A DNA stretch of 33,714 nucleotides from an uncultured Micrococcales bacterium (GTDB taxonomy: Bacteria; Actinomycetota; Actinomycetes; S36-B12; GCA-2699445), in contig CAIWTL010000379.1 of assembly GCA_903915555.1 (NCBI GenBank), positions 1-33,714 of the forward strand. Reading direction: 5' to 3'. Positions 14,586 to 22,627 of this stretch are shown here, piece after piece. Position 1 is the first letter of the stretch. Each line of letters starts with the position of its first letter. The position numbers were made by a program, and so were the translations under genes. The notes beneath the pieces were generated by a model that saw only the letters and a program-made list of their open reading frames with translations, searched no databases and had not been told where the DNA came from.

Positions 14586-14605
14586 ATATTGACAGGAATC
14601 AATAT
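14586..14605. promoter_or_regulatory. Perfect inverted repeat ATATTGA-caggaa-TCAATAT, a putative ArsR operator
   Basis: Read directly. It lies in the 165-bp arsR/arsI divergent intergenic region. Confidence 0.5.
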
Positions 14606-14621
14606 GAGTCTAGGCTGGTTT

Positions 14622-14641
14622 GTATCGACAGGCGTCAATAT
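14622..14641. promoter_or_regulatory. Second, imperfect copy of the operator-like site (GTATCGACAGGCGTCAATAT)
   Basis: 17 of 21 positions are identical to the site at 14586-14606, 36 bp downstream of it. Internal dyad is TATCGAC-aggc-GTCAATA with one mismatch. Confidence 0.4.
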
Positions 14642-14688
14642 GCGCCCCCACCCGATCGGGTGATGCACCGTCGAAAGGTAGGAACAGC

Positions 14689-15225
14689 ATGAACCCCACC
14701 AGCAGCACCGCGGGTACGAGCGCCGACACCAAGGCCGACTCCCGCACGACGAGCCGGGTCCAGTTGGCCCTCAACGTCGCCGACCTGGACAGTTCCATCG
14801 CCTTCTACTCCACGCTCTTCGGCGTGACGCCTCACAAGCTGCGGCCCGGCTACGCGAACTTCGAGGTCCAGAACCCGCCTTTGAAGCTGGTGCTGATCGA
14901 GGTGGCGCAGGACGAGCGGGGGACCGGTACGCAGGGAGCGCTGAACCACCTCGGCGTCGAGGTCGCCACCACCGACGAGGTGTCGGCGGCCGCCGCGGGG
15001 CTGGCTGCGGGCGGTCTGCCGACGGTGTCGGAGGACGCCACCACCTGCTGCTACGCGGTACAGGACAAGGTCTGGGTCCACGATCCGGCCGGCACGCCGT
15101 GGGAGGTCTACACGATCCTCGACGACGACCCGGCACAGGCGACCGCCCCGTCGGGCGGGTGCTGCGCGGATGTCACCGTCGCGATCGGTTCCGCCCCGCC
15201 GGCCGCGGAGACAGCGTCGCTGTGA
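14689..15225 (+). CDS. arsI: ArsI/CadI-family VOC (glyoxalase-fold) metalloenzyme; candidate C-As lyase
   Basis: SRVQLALNVADLDSSIAFYSTLFGVTPHKLRPGYANFEVQNPPLKLVLIE...LNHLGVEV...TTCCYAVQDKVWVHDPAGTPWEVYT matches the ArsI/CadI pattern, including the vicinal Cys pair. A second CC lies in the C-terminal tail. The ATG is preceded by GAAAGGTAGGA. Confidence 0.85.
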   Translation: MNPTSSTAGTSADTKADSRTTSRVQLALNVADLDSSIAFYSTLFGVTPHKLRPGYANFEVQNPPLKLVLIEVAQDERGTGTQGALNHLGVEVATTDEVSAAAAGLAAGGLPTVSEDATTCCYAVQDKVWVHDPAGTPWEVYTILDDDPAQATAPSGGCCADVTVAIGSAPPAAETASL

Positions 15226-16370
15226 CGTCTCGGCCGAACCCTTCTGACGGCGAGGCAGCTTCCACCGCCACTGCCGATCCGGCCGAGCGGGCGGTCCTGG
15301 AGCGGATGTCCCGGCTCGACCGGTGGCTGCCGCTGTGGATCGCGGCGGCCATGGTCGTGGGCCTGCTCCTGGGCCGGTTCTTCCCCGCGGTACAGACGAT
15401 CCTCGAGGCGGGCAGCATCGACGGCACATCGTTGCCGATCGCGGTCGGCCTCCTGGCGATGATGTATCCCGTCCTGGCGCGCGTCCGCTACGACCGGCTG
15501 GGGCACGTCACCGCCGACCGTCGGCTGCTCGTGCTCTCCCTTGTCCTCAACTGGGTCGTCGGGCCCGCGCTGATGTTCGTGCTCGCGTGGACGTTCCTGC
15601 CCGACCAGCCGGAGTTCCGGACCGGTCTCATCGTCGTGGGGCTCGCCCGATGCATCGCCATGGTGCTGATCTGGAACGAGCTGGCGTGCGGTGACCGGGA
15701 AGCCGCGGCTGTCCTGGTGGCCATCAACTCCGTCTTCCAGATCGTCGCGTATGCGGCACTGGGTGTGTTCTACCTGCAGATCCTGCCGGGCTGGCTCGGC
15801 TGGCAGACCGCCGACGCGCAGTTCTCCACGTGGGCCATCACCAAGAGTGTCCTGATCTTCCTCGGACTGCCACTGGTCGCGGGGTACCTGACGCGTCGGA
15901 TCGGTGTCGCCAGGAAGGGGGAGCGCTGGTACGACGACACGTTCCTGCCGCGGATCGGTCCCATCGCCTTGTACGGGCTGCTCTTCACCATCGTGGTGAT
16001 GTTCGCCCTGCAGGGCCAGCAGATCACGTCGGATCCGGGCAGCGTGATCCAGATCGCGATCCCCCTGCTGTTCTACTTCGCGATCATGTGGTTCACGGCC
16101 TTCTTCGCCGCGCGGGCGGTCGGCCTCGACTACGCCAAGACCGCGACGATGGCGTTCACAGCGGCCGGCAACAACTTCGAGTTGGCGATCGCGGTGTGTA
16201 TCGGGGTCTGGGGTGTCACCAGCGGGCAGGCCCTGGCCGGAACGGTCGGCCCACTGATCGAGGTGCCTGCGCTCGTCGCGCTGGTCTATGTCAGCCTCTG
16301 GCTGCGCCGTCGACTGTTCCGGACCACCCCTACGAGCCCGTCCCCCAACCCCGCAGGAGGAACCCCGTGA
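15222..16370 (+). CDS. acr3: ACR3-family arsenite efflux transporter
   Basis: The blocks LDRWLPLWIAAAMVVGLLLG, IAVGLLAMMYPVLARVRY, GLARCIAMVLIWNELACGD and TAAGNNFELAIAV are ACR3 hallmarks. GTG 15222 overlaps the arsI stop (GTGA). An alternative ATG is at 15306. Confidence 0.88.
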   Translation: MTSRPNPSDGEAASTATADPAERAVLERMSRLDRWLPLWIAAAMVVGLLLGRFFPAVQTILEAGSIDGTSLPIAVGLLAMMYPVLARVRYDRLGHVTADRRLLVLSLVLNWVVGPALMFVLAWTFLPDQPEFRTGLIVVGLARCIAMVLIWNELACGDREAAAVLVAINSVFQIVAYAALGVFYLQILPGWLGWQTADAQFSTWAITKSVLIFLGLPLVAGYLTRRIGVARKGERWYDDTFLPRIGPIALYGLLFTIVVMFALQGQQITSDPGSVIQIAIPLLFYFAIMWFTAFFAARAVGLDYAKTATMAFTAAGNNFELAIAVCIGVWGVTSGQALAGTVGPLIEVPALVALVYVSLWLRRRLFRTTPTSPSPNPAGGTP

Positions 16371-16798
16371 CCGAGCAACCGGCGGAGACCGTCGCCAAGC
16401 CCAGCGTCCTGTTCGTGTGTGTGCACAACGCCGGCCGATCCCAGATGGCGGCGGCCTACCTGGCCCACCTGGGTGCCGGGCGCATCGAGGTGCGCTCGGC
16501 CGGGTCGGCTCCCGGCGACGCCATCAACCCGGTGGCGGTGGCCGCGATGGCCGAGGAGGGCATCGACATGAGCGCCGAGGTTCCCAAGATCCTCACGGTC
16601 GACGCCGTCCAGGCCAGCGATGTCGTCATCACCATGGGATGCGGCGACACGTGCCCCATCTTCCCAGGCAAGCGCTACGAGGACTGGGAGCTGGCCGATC
16701 CCGCCGGCCAGGGCATCGAGGCGGTGCGTCCCATCCGCGATGAGATCCGCAGCCGGGTCGAAGCGCTTGTGTCGGAACTGGCGCCCGCTCAGATATGA
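16367..16798 (+). CDS. arsC: Arsenate reductase, LMW-PTPase type
   Basis: The P-loop is VLFVCVHNAGRSQMAAAYL (CX5R), followed by ...ITMGCGDTCP...DWELADPAG. The GTG start overlaps the acr3 stop (GTGA). Confidence 0.9.
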   Translation: MTEQPAETVAKPSVLFVCVHNAGRSQMAAAYLAHLGAGRIEVRSAGSAPGDAINPVAVAAMAEEGIDMSAEVPKILTVDAVQASDVVITMGCGDTCPIFPGKRYEDWELADPAGQGIEAVRPIRDEIRSRVEALVSELAPAQI

Positions 16799-16800
16799 GG

Positions 16801-17040
16801 TCAGCCGCCGGCGAAGGGGGGGAGGACGTCCACGGTGGACCCGGGCTCGATGGTCGCGGTTGTGTCCAGGCGGACTCCGTCGACGACGAGGCTGCTCAGG
16901 GCAAGGACCTGCGCCATGCGGTCGCCGTAGCGGCTGCCCAGGGCGGTGCGCAGGGTCGGGACGTCGGCGGCGTCGACCGTCACCGTCGCGTCGCCGCCGG
17001 CGGCGTCGCGGGCGGCGGCGAACAGTCGCACCTCGATCAT
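16801..17040 (-). CDS. moaD: Molybdopterin synthase sulfur-carrier subunit MoaD
   Basis: A 79-aa ubiquitin-fold protein, MIEVRLFAAARDAAGG...VVDGVRL...VDVLPPFAGG, with the obligatory C-terminal GG. The longer track ORF is an upstream artefact. Confidence 0.85.
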   Translation of the reverse strand: MIEVRLFAAARDAAGGDATVTVDAADVPTLRTALGSRYGDRMAQVLALSSLVVDGVRLDTTATIEPGSTVDVLPPFAGG

Positions 17041-18266
17041 GGGGACGCCTCTTCCCGGTCCGGGGTCGGCTGACCGGGGTCGACAGTCCCCGCCCTGCTT
17101 CCCAGGACGTGAGCAACTCCTGCGAGCGCCAGGCCGAGCAGGACGCCGACGCCGAGGTTCCACACCACCCCCACGACTCCGACCAGCAGTGCGATCGACC
17201 AGTCGGTCCGGCCGCGTAGGTCGCGCAGGAGCCCGATGTGCACGACGGCGGCCACGCCAAGCAGGGCCGCCAGCACGCTGAGCGGGAACAGTGGCAGGAG
17301 ATCTGTCATCACCGCGCCGAACCCGATCGCCATCACCAGCAGGACGCCACCCATGAGCGCGGGGGCCCGCCACGTCCGGGCACCGAACGCGTAGTGGGCG
17401 CTCAAGCCCCCGGCGCCGTGACACACGGGCATCCCGCTGATCGCCCCCGCGAACAGGTTGGCGCCGCCGAGGGTCCGGGCCAGCCGGGACGGGGTCACCC
17501 GCCGGCCTGCGTCACCGAAGTAGGTGTCGGCGGCGTCGGCCGGAGCCAGGCACGAGTTGGCGAAGGTCAGTGGGAGCTGCGGCAGGACAAGGAGGACGAA
17601 TGCGATGCCGAAGGTGTCCAGGGATAGCGAGGGCAAGGCGATCGCGGCGGGGCCGATGCCCGGGATCGACGCCCCACCGGTGATGAGGAGGATCACCGCG
17701 GTCAGTAGAGCGCCACCGATCACCAGCAGAACCACGCGGTTGCGCAACCACAGGAGGAGGGCGAACAACGCGACGGCGCCGACCAGCAGCCACGGCGGCG
17801 CGAGTTGATCGGTGAACGACGATGGTGGTTCGGTGACCAGGCCCCACGCGACCTTGATGAAGAGAAGTCCGACGCTGAGTTGGACTCCCCGGATGACGGG
17901 GGTGGGGAAGAATCCCGCGACCCGGTCCAGGCCACCGCCGAGGCCGAGGATGAGGAAGATCGCGCCCATCAACAGCGCGCCCGCCGCGATGACATCGGCA
18001 CCCAGTCCGGCCGCGATGGCGACTGCCCCGAAGGCCTTCAACGGCTGCACCGCGATGGGTAGTCGATAGACCCGGGCCACCACCAGGTAGAGCACACCGG
18101 CCGGCAGCAGGACCGCGGTCGGGCTCAGCCCGTTGGCGACGATGAGTGCCACGGCGATCGGGACGAACACCCCGAGATCCGCCACCGCCCCCGACGCCTC
18201 GCGCCACCACAGCCGACCGTCGGGCGGCGCGGTGGCCGGGGTCGCCGGGGCAGCGGTGGTGGTCAC
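17037..18266 (-). CDS. MOT1-family (MFS_MOT1/SulP-related) putative molybdate transporter
   Basis: A polytopic 409-aa protein. It carries YRLPIAVQPLKAFGAVAIA and ISGMPVCHGAGGLSAHYAFGARTW, which correspond to the two MOT1 signature motifs. The GTG start is 1 nt after the moaA stop, and the stop overlaps the moaD ATG (ATGA). Confidence 0.8.
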   Translation of the reverse strand: MTTTAAPATPATAPPDGRLWWREASGAVADLGVFVPIAVALIVANGLSPTAVLLPAGVLYLVVARVYRLPIAVQPLKAFGAVAIAAGLGADVIAAGALLMGAIFLILGLGGGLDRVAGFFPTPVIRGVQLSVGLLFIKVAWGLVTEPPSSFTDQLAPPWLLVGAVALFALLLWLRNRVVLLVIGGALLTAVILLITGGASIPGIGPAAIALPSLSLDTFGIAFVLLVLPQLPLTFANSCLAPADAADTYFGDAGRRVTPSRLARTLGGANLFAGAISGMPVCHGAGGLSAHYAFGARTWRAPALMGGVLLVMAIGFGAVMTDLLPLFPLSVLAALLGVAAVVHIGLLRDLRGRTDWSIALLVGVVGVVWNLGVGVLLGLALAGVAHVLGSRAGTVDPGQPTPDREEASP

Positions 18267-18267
18267 G

Positions 18268-19257
18268 TCAGCCGCCGATCGCCGACATGCCGCGACCGGG
18301 CCGCGTGAATCCGGGGTCGTCGGTCCCGTGCCCGCGGCGCTTGGCCGCCACATCCAGTCGCATCAGGGCCGCCAACTCCGCGTCGGACGCACCCGCCCGC
18401 AGGGGAGTCCGGAGGTCGGTCTCCGTGCGGGCGAACAGGCAGTTCATCCATTGCCCGTCCGAGGTGAGCCGCACGCGGTCGCAGTCGCCGCAGAACGGTC
18501 GCGTCATGGAGCCGATGACCCCGACGGTCTGCGGACCTCCGTTGACCGAGAAGATCTCCGCGGGGGAGGATCCGCGGTCGGCCACGGGAGTCAACTCGAA
18601 GCCGGCGTCGGCCAGCGAACGTTCGATCTCCGCCGCCGTCACCATCTGCGACGCATCCCAGGCGTGCTGGGCATCAAGTGGCATCTGCTCGATGAAACGC
18701 AGTTGCACTCCCTGCTCGAGCGCCCAGAGCAGCAGGGTCGGTGCCTCGTCGTCGTTGACGCCACGCATCAGCACGCTGTTCACCTTGACCGGGTTCAGTC
18801 CCGCGGCCTTGGCAGCGGCGATGCCCGCCAAGGTCTCCACGAGCCGGTCGCGACGGGTGAGCCGGACGAAGCGCTGCCGGTCCATCGTGTCGAGGCTGAT
18901 GTTCACGCGGCCCAGACCGGCGTCGGCCAACGGCGCGGCCAGGCCGGTGAGCCGCAGGCCGTTGGTCGTCAGGGCCACCTCGGGGGAGTGGGGCATCGCG
19001 CGGATCGCCCGGACGATGCCCACGACGTCGGGACGCAACAGTGGCTCCCCGCCCGTCAGTCGGATGGTCCGGACGCCCTGATCGACCGCCACTCGGACGA
19101 GTCGCAGCAACTCCGGGGTCGTGAGGTGTCTGCCGCGCTCGATCCACTGCATGCCCTGCTCCGGCATGCAGTAGGTGCAGCGCAGGGAACAGCGATCCGT
19201 CAGGGAGACGCGCAGATCGGTGTGGCGTCGACCGAAGCGGTCGATCAATGTGCTCAT
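18268..19257 (-). CDS. moaA: GTP 3',8-cyclase MoaA (radical SAM)
   Basis: The sequence is [33 protein letters not shown] (CxxxCxxC cluster), then ...IRLTGGEPLLR..., with a C-terminal second-cluster Cys region and a GG tail. Confidence 0.95.
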   Translation of the reverse strand: MSTLIDRFGRRHTDLRVSLTDRCSLRCTYCMPEQGMQWIERGRHLTTPELLRLVRVAVDQGVRTIRLTGGEPLLRPDVVGIVRAIRAMPHSPEVALTTNGLRLTGLAAPLADAGLGRVNISLDTMDRQRFVRLTRRDRLVETLAGIAAAKAAGLNPVKVNSVLMRGVNDDEAPTLLLWALEQGVQLRFIEQMPLDAQHAWDASQMVTAAEIERSLADAGFELTPVADRGSSPAEIFSVNGGPQTVGVIGSMTRPFCGDCDRVRLTSDGQWMNCLFARTETDLRTPLRAGASDAELAALMRLDVAAKRRGHGTDDPGFTRPGRGMSAIGG

Positions 19258-20162
19258 GGGCAGTTCACCCACTCCGTCGTGCCATCGCCGAACCGCTGGT
19301 GCTTCCAGATGGGCAGGCGCTCCTTGGCGGTGTCGACCAACCACGCGCAGGCCGCGAAGGCCTCCCGCCGATGAGCGGCGGAGACCGCCACCAGATACAC
19401 GAGGTCACCGATCGCCAGGTCGCCGACCCGATGCCGCGCTGTCGCCCGCCGCACCCCCGGAAGCGTGAGCGCCTCGCTGACGACCCCGTGCAGGATGCGA
19501 TCGGCGTCGGGGTGGGCCTCATAGGACAACGACACCACCTGCTGTCCATGATCGTGGTCCCGCACCCTCCCCTCGAACACCACGACAGCCCCGCTGCCGT
19601 CATCGGCCACCGTGGCACGCACCGCGGACTCGTCGATCGCGTCCGGCCCGACCCAGGTCGATGCCGGCGGGGCCGACGTCGGGGGCGCATGACCGCCACC
19701 GGCGAGCATCTGCAGTGCGTGCTCGACCAGCGGCCCGGCGACCGCCCAGCCATCCCTGACCCCACCCGGACTCCCGGGGAGCGCGAGCACCAGTGCGCCA
19801 CGCAGGGTCCAGGCGCCACCGCGCGACAGATCAGTGGTGGGGACACGCTCCCGCGACGCCGCACGGATGGCCTCACCGATCCCGGGTACGGGTCGCGCCG
19901 CCAGCCGTCCGACAGCTTCCGGCGTGACGTCCCGCGGCCCCAGTCCGGTGCCCCCGGTGAGCACCACGAGGTCGGCACCCGCGTCGATCGCCCCGGCGAC
20001 GGCCTTGCCGATCAACTGCTCGTCGTCGGGCACGACGAGTCGGTCGTGGACATCCCATCCGTCGGCGGTCAGCAGGTCGGTGACCAGGGGGCCGGAGCGG
20101 TCGTGGGACGGCTCCCGGCTCGCGGTGTCGGAGCAGGTGATGATCGTGGCCGACCGGCTCAC
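19254..20162 (-). CDS. Fused MoaB/MogA-like (MoCF_biosynth) + MoaE (molybdopterin synthase catalytic subunit) protein
   Basis: The N-terminal half is [11 protein letters not shown]...[22 protein letters not shown]...LPGSPGG, a MoaB/MogA domain. A Pro/Ala linker ([14 protein letters not shown]) follows. The C-terminal half is [15 protein letters not shown]...YEAHP...[30 protein letters not shown], which is MoaE. The GTG start overlaps the moaC stop, and the stop overlaps the moaA start. Confidence 0.85.
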   Translation of the reverse strand: MSRSATIITCSDTASREPSHDRSGPLVTDLLTADGWDVHDRLVVPDDEQLIGKAVAGAIDAGADLVVLTGGTGLGPRDVTPEAVGRLAARPVPGIGEAIRAASRERVPTTDLSRGGAWTLRGALVLALPGSPGGVRDGWAVAGPLVEHALQMLAGGGHAPPTSAPPASTWVGPDAIDESAVRATVADDGSGAVVVFEGRVRDHDHGQQVVSLSYEAHPDADRILHGVVSEALTLPGVRRATARHRVGDLAIGDLVYLVAVSAAHRREAFAACAWLVDTAKERLPIWKHQRFGDGTTEWVNCP

Positions 20163-20620
20163 CGGGTCCACTCCCCGCTGCGGCCACCCGTCTTGATGTC
20201 GACGCGGACATCGGTGACCACGGCGGCGGGGTCGAGACTCTTGGTCATGTCGATGACGGTCAGTGCGGCGACGCTGACGGCGGTCAGGGCCTCCATCTCC
20301 ACGCCGGTGCGATCGGCGGTCCTCACCGTCGCCCGGATGTCCACACCTCCGTCGGCGACGCTGAGGTCGACCTGGACGCCGTGCACGGCGATGGGGTGGC
20401 ACATCGGGATGAGATCCGGGGTCCGCTTGGCGGCCATGATCCCCGCGATCCGAGCGGTGGCCAGGACGTCGCCCTTGGGTACCGTTCCCTCCGCGATGGC
20501 TGTGGCAGCAGCGGTGAGGACGCGCCCGGAGGCGACAGCAGTGCGGACGGTGACGTCCCGGTCGGCGACGTCGACCATCCGAGCCGCACCGCTGTCATCG
20601 AGATGGCTCAGTCCGCTCAC
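20159..20620 (-). CDS. moaC: Cyclic pyranopterin monophosphate synthase MoaC
   Basis: [27 protein letters not shown]...[29 protein letters not shown]...[21 protein letters not shown] is a consensus MoaC. Confidence 0.95.
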   Translation of the reverse strand: MSGLSHLDDSGAARMVDVADRDVTVRTAVASGRVLTAAATAIAEGTVPKGDVLATARIAGIMAAKRTPDLIPMCHPIAVHGVQVDLSVADGGVDIRATVRTADRTGVEMEALTAVSVAALTVIDMTKSLDPAAVVTDVRVDIKTGGRSGEWTR

Positions 20621-20646
20621 GCCGACTCCCGTCGTATGGTGCGGAG

Positions 20647-21474
20647 GTGTCCGACTCGCCCTCCGACTGGTCCGTGGTCATTCTGACAGGCGGAGCCTCC
20701 CGACGGATGGGTCGAGACAAGGCGGCATTGACGGTCGGAGGACGAACCCTGCTCGACCGGCTGCTTTCCGGGATCCCTTCGCCGGTGCCCGTCGTCGTGG
20801 TGGGTCCGCAGCCCGACTGTCCGGTGCGCCCGGTCACGGTGACCCGCGAACAACCCTCCGGAGGGGGGCCCTTGGCCGGGATCGGTGCGGGACTCACGAT
20901 GGTCCGCACTGCGATCACGGTGGTGGCGGCCGGAGACCTCCCGTACGCCGGTCCGGCGATCCCGCGGCTGGCCGCCGAGGTGCGGCGGGGGACCGAGGAC
21001 GCCGTCGTGCCCATCGTGGGCGGGCGACTGCAGCCCCTCATCGCGGGCTACCGCACCGAACAGCTGCGCGGGGCGCTCGCGCGGATCGGGGACCCGAGTG
21101 GGCGTCCCGTGCGGGAGGTGCTGGGGCTCCTCACCGTTCGGGCCGTTCCGGGGGAGCCCGCCGTCCACGCTGACGTCGACACACCCGACGATCTTGCGAT
21201 CGCTCGGACGATAATGAGCGCGAACGAGGAGGGTCCCATGGAGGAATGGCTGGCAGCGTTGAGCACCCGACTGGGTGTGCCAGGTGACGTCGATGTCGAT
21301 CTCGTCCTCGATGTGGCCCGTGATGCGGCCCATGGGGTGGAGCGGCCCGCCGCACCACTCACGACCTACCTGCTGGGGCTCGCGGTCGGTTCCGGGCGGG
21401 ACCCGGTCGAGGCTGCGGCCCTCATACAGGACCTCGCGGCCACGTGGAGTCCCGATGCCTCCGACGATGACTGA
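20647..21474 (+). CDS. mobA: Molybdenum cofactor guanylyltransferase MobA with an extra C-terminal module of about 79 aa
   Basis: [23 protein letters not shown]...GGGPLAGI... is the MobA nucleotidyltransferase fold (about 190 aa). It continues in frame into [50 protein letters not shown]... The GTG start follows GCGGAG. Confidence 0.85.
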   Translation: MSDSPSDWSVVILTGGASRRMGRDKAALTVGGRTLLDRLLSGIPSPVPVVVVGPQPDCPVRPVTVTREQPSGGGPLAGIGAGLTMVRTAITVVAAGDLPYAGPAIPRLAAEVRRGTEDAVVPIVGGRLQPLIAGYRTEQLRGALARIGDPSGRPVREVLGLLTVRAVPGEPAVHADVDTPDDLAIARTIMSANEEGPMEEWLAALSTRLGVPGDVDVDLVLDVARDAAHGVERPAAPLTTYLLGLAVGSGRDPVEAAALIQDLAATWSPDASDDD

Positions 21475-22627
21475 CGTACGGACCGCGACCCCATGGCCGC
21501 GGGCACGCGAGGTGGCACGCGACTTGCCCCGGGTACTGGAGCCGGTGCCGTCGTCACCGGGTGCGGCTGTCGAACGTGTCCTGGCGCAACCGGTGACCGC
21601 GCGATCCGATCTACCCGGCTTCGACACCTCCAGCATGGACGGGTGGGCGGTATCGGGCGACGGCCCCTGGCCCGTCGTGGGCGAGGTGCTGGCGGGCAGC
21701 GCGCCGCCCGCGGTCGCGCCGGGGAGCGCCGTGGTCATCGCCACGGGAGCAGCCGTGCCCGAGTCGTGCGATGAGATCGTCCGGCGTGAGGCGGGACAGG
21801 TCCAGAACGGTGTCCTGTACGCCGAGCGCGTCGGGAGCGGCCACGACATCCGCCCCCGCGGCGAGGAGTGCCGCGCGGGCGACGTTCTGGTCGCCGCCGG
21901 GGCTGTCGTCACGCCCGCCGTCGCCGGCCTCGTCGCGGCCGCTGGTGTCGACGAGGTCCTGGTCGTGGCGCAGCCGCGGGTCCACCTGCTCCTCCTCGGC
22001 GATGAACTGCTCGACGCGGGAATCCCGACGGCCGGCCGCGTGCGCGACTCCCTGGGTCCGCAGCTTCCCGGATGGGTCGCCCGGTTGGGGGGACGCGTCA
22101 CTGGGGTGACCCGTGTGCCGGACACCGTGGCCGCACTCGTCGCGGCGCTGGAGGACTCCCGTGACTGTGATGTCGTGATGACCACCGGCGGCACCGCCGC
22201 GGGTCCCGTGGACTGCCTCCACCGGGCGCTGGCGGAGGTCGGCGCCGGCCTGGTGGTCGACTCCGTCGCGGTTCGTCCGGGCCATCCGATGATGCTCGCG
22301 GACTGGGACGGGCTGCCGGTGCTCGGGCTGCCCGGGAACCCGCAGAGCGCCGTCGTGGCGCTCATGTCGTTGGGTGAGCCGCTGCTGTCGCGGATGCGGG
22401 GCCTCGGCGGCTCCTTGCTGATCCCGATCACCCTGACCGCTGCGTTGGCAGCCCCCCAGACGGAGCACCGCCTCGTGCTCGGTCGCGTCGACGACGGCCG
22501 CTTCACCGCGGTCTCCCATCTGGGTTCGGCGATGCTGCGGGGACTCGCAGCCGCGCAGGGCTTCGCGGTCCTCCCGCCCGGCGGCGCCGAGGCGGGAGCC
22601 CTGGTGGACTGGTTGCCGCTCCCGTGA
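21455..22627 (+). CDS. moeA: Molybdopterin molybdotransferase MoeA
   Basis: The blocks SDLPGFDTSSMDGWAV, HDIRPRGEE, VMTTGGTAAGPVD, VAVRPGHPM and GLPGNPQSA are MoeA hallmarks. ATG 21455 lies 5 nt after GGAG and overlaps the mobA end. An alternative ATG is at 21467. Confidence 0.9.
   Translation: MPPTMTDVRTATPWPRAREVARDLPRVLEPVPSSPGAAVERVLAQPVTARSDLPGFDTSSMDGWAVSGDGPWPVVGEVLAGSAPPAVAPGSAVVIATGAAVPESCDEIVRREAGQVQNGVLYAERVGSGHDIRPRGEECRAGDVLVAAGAVVTPAVAGLVAAAGVDEVLVVAQPRVHLLLLGDELLDAGIPTAGRVRDSLGPQLPGWVARLGGRVTGVTRVPDTVAALVAALEDSRDCDVVMTTGGTAAGPVDCLHRALAEVGAGLVVDSVAVRPGHPMMLADWDGLPVLGLPGNPQSAVVALMSLGEPLLSRMRGLGGSLLIPITLTAALAAPQTEHRLVLGRVDDGRFTAVSHLGSAMLRGLAAAQGFAVLPPGGAEAGALVDWLPLP

Noticed and set aside
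15830-16798. 322-aa ORF spanning the acr3 3' half and arsC. Similar 5'-extended track ORFs are at 3182-4411, 16801-17424, 19254-20402, 21275-22627, 23727-25292 and 28480-30084.
   Set aside because: Only the downstream portions match known families. The upstream portions overlap the preceding genes out of frame. Starts were reassigned to codons with SD support or with the 1-4 nt overlap coupling typical of the locus.
20621-20646. Moco riboswitch upstream of the moa genes.
   Set aside because: The divergent gap is only 26 bp, while the Moco RNA motif needs more than 100 nt. No comparable leader exists before moaC, moaA or mobA.
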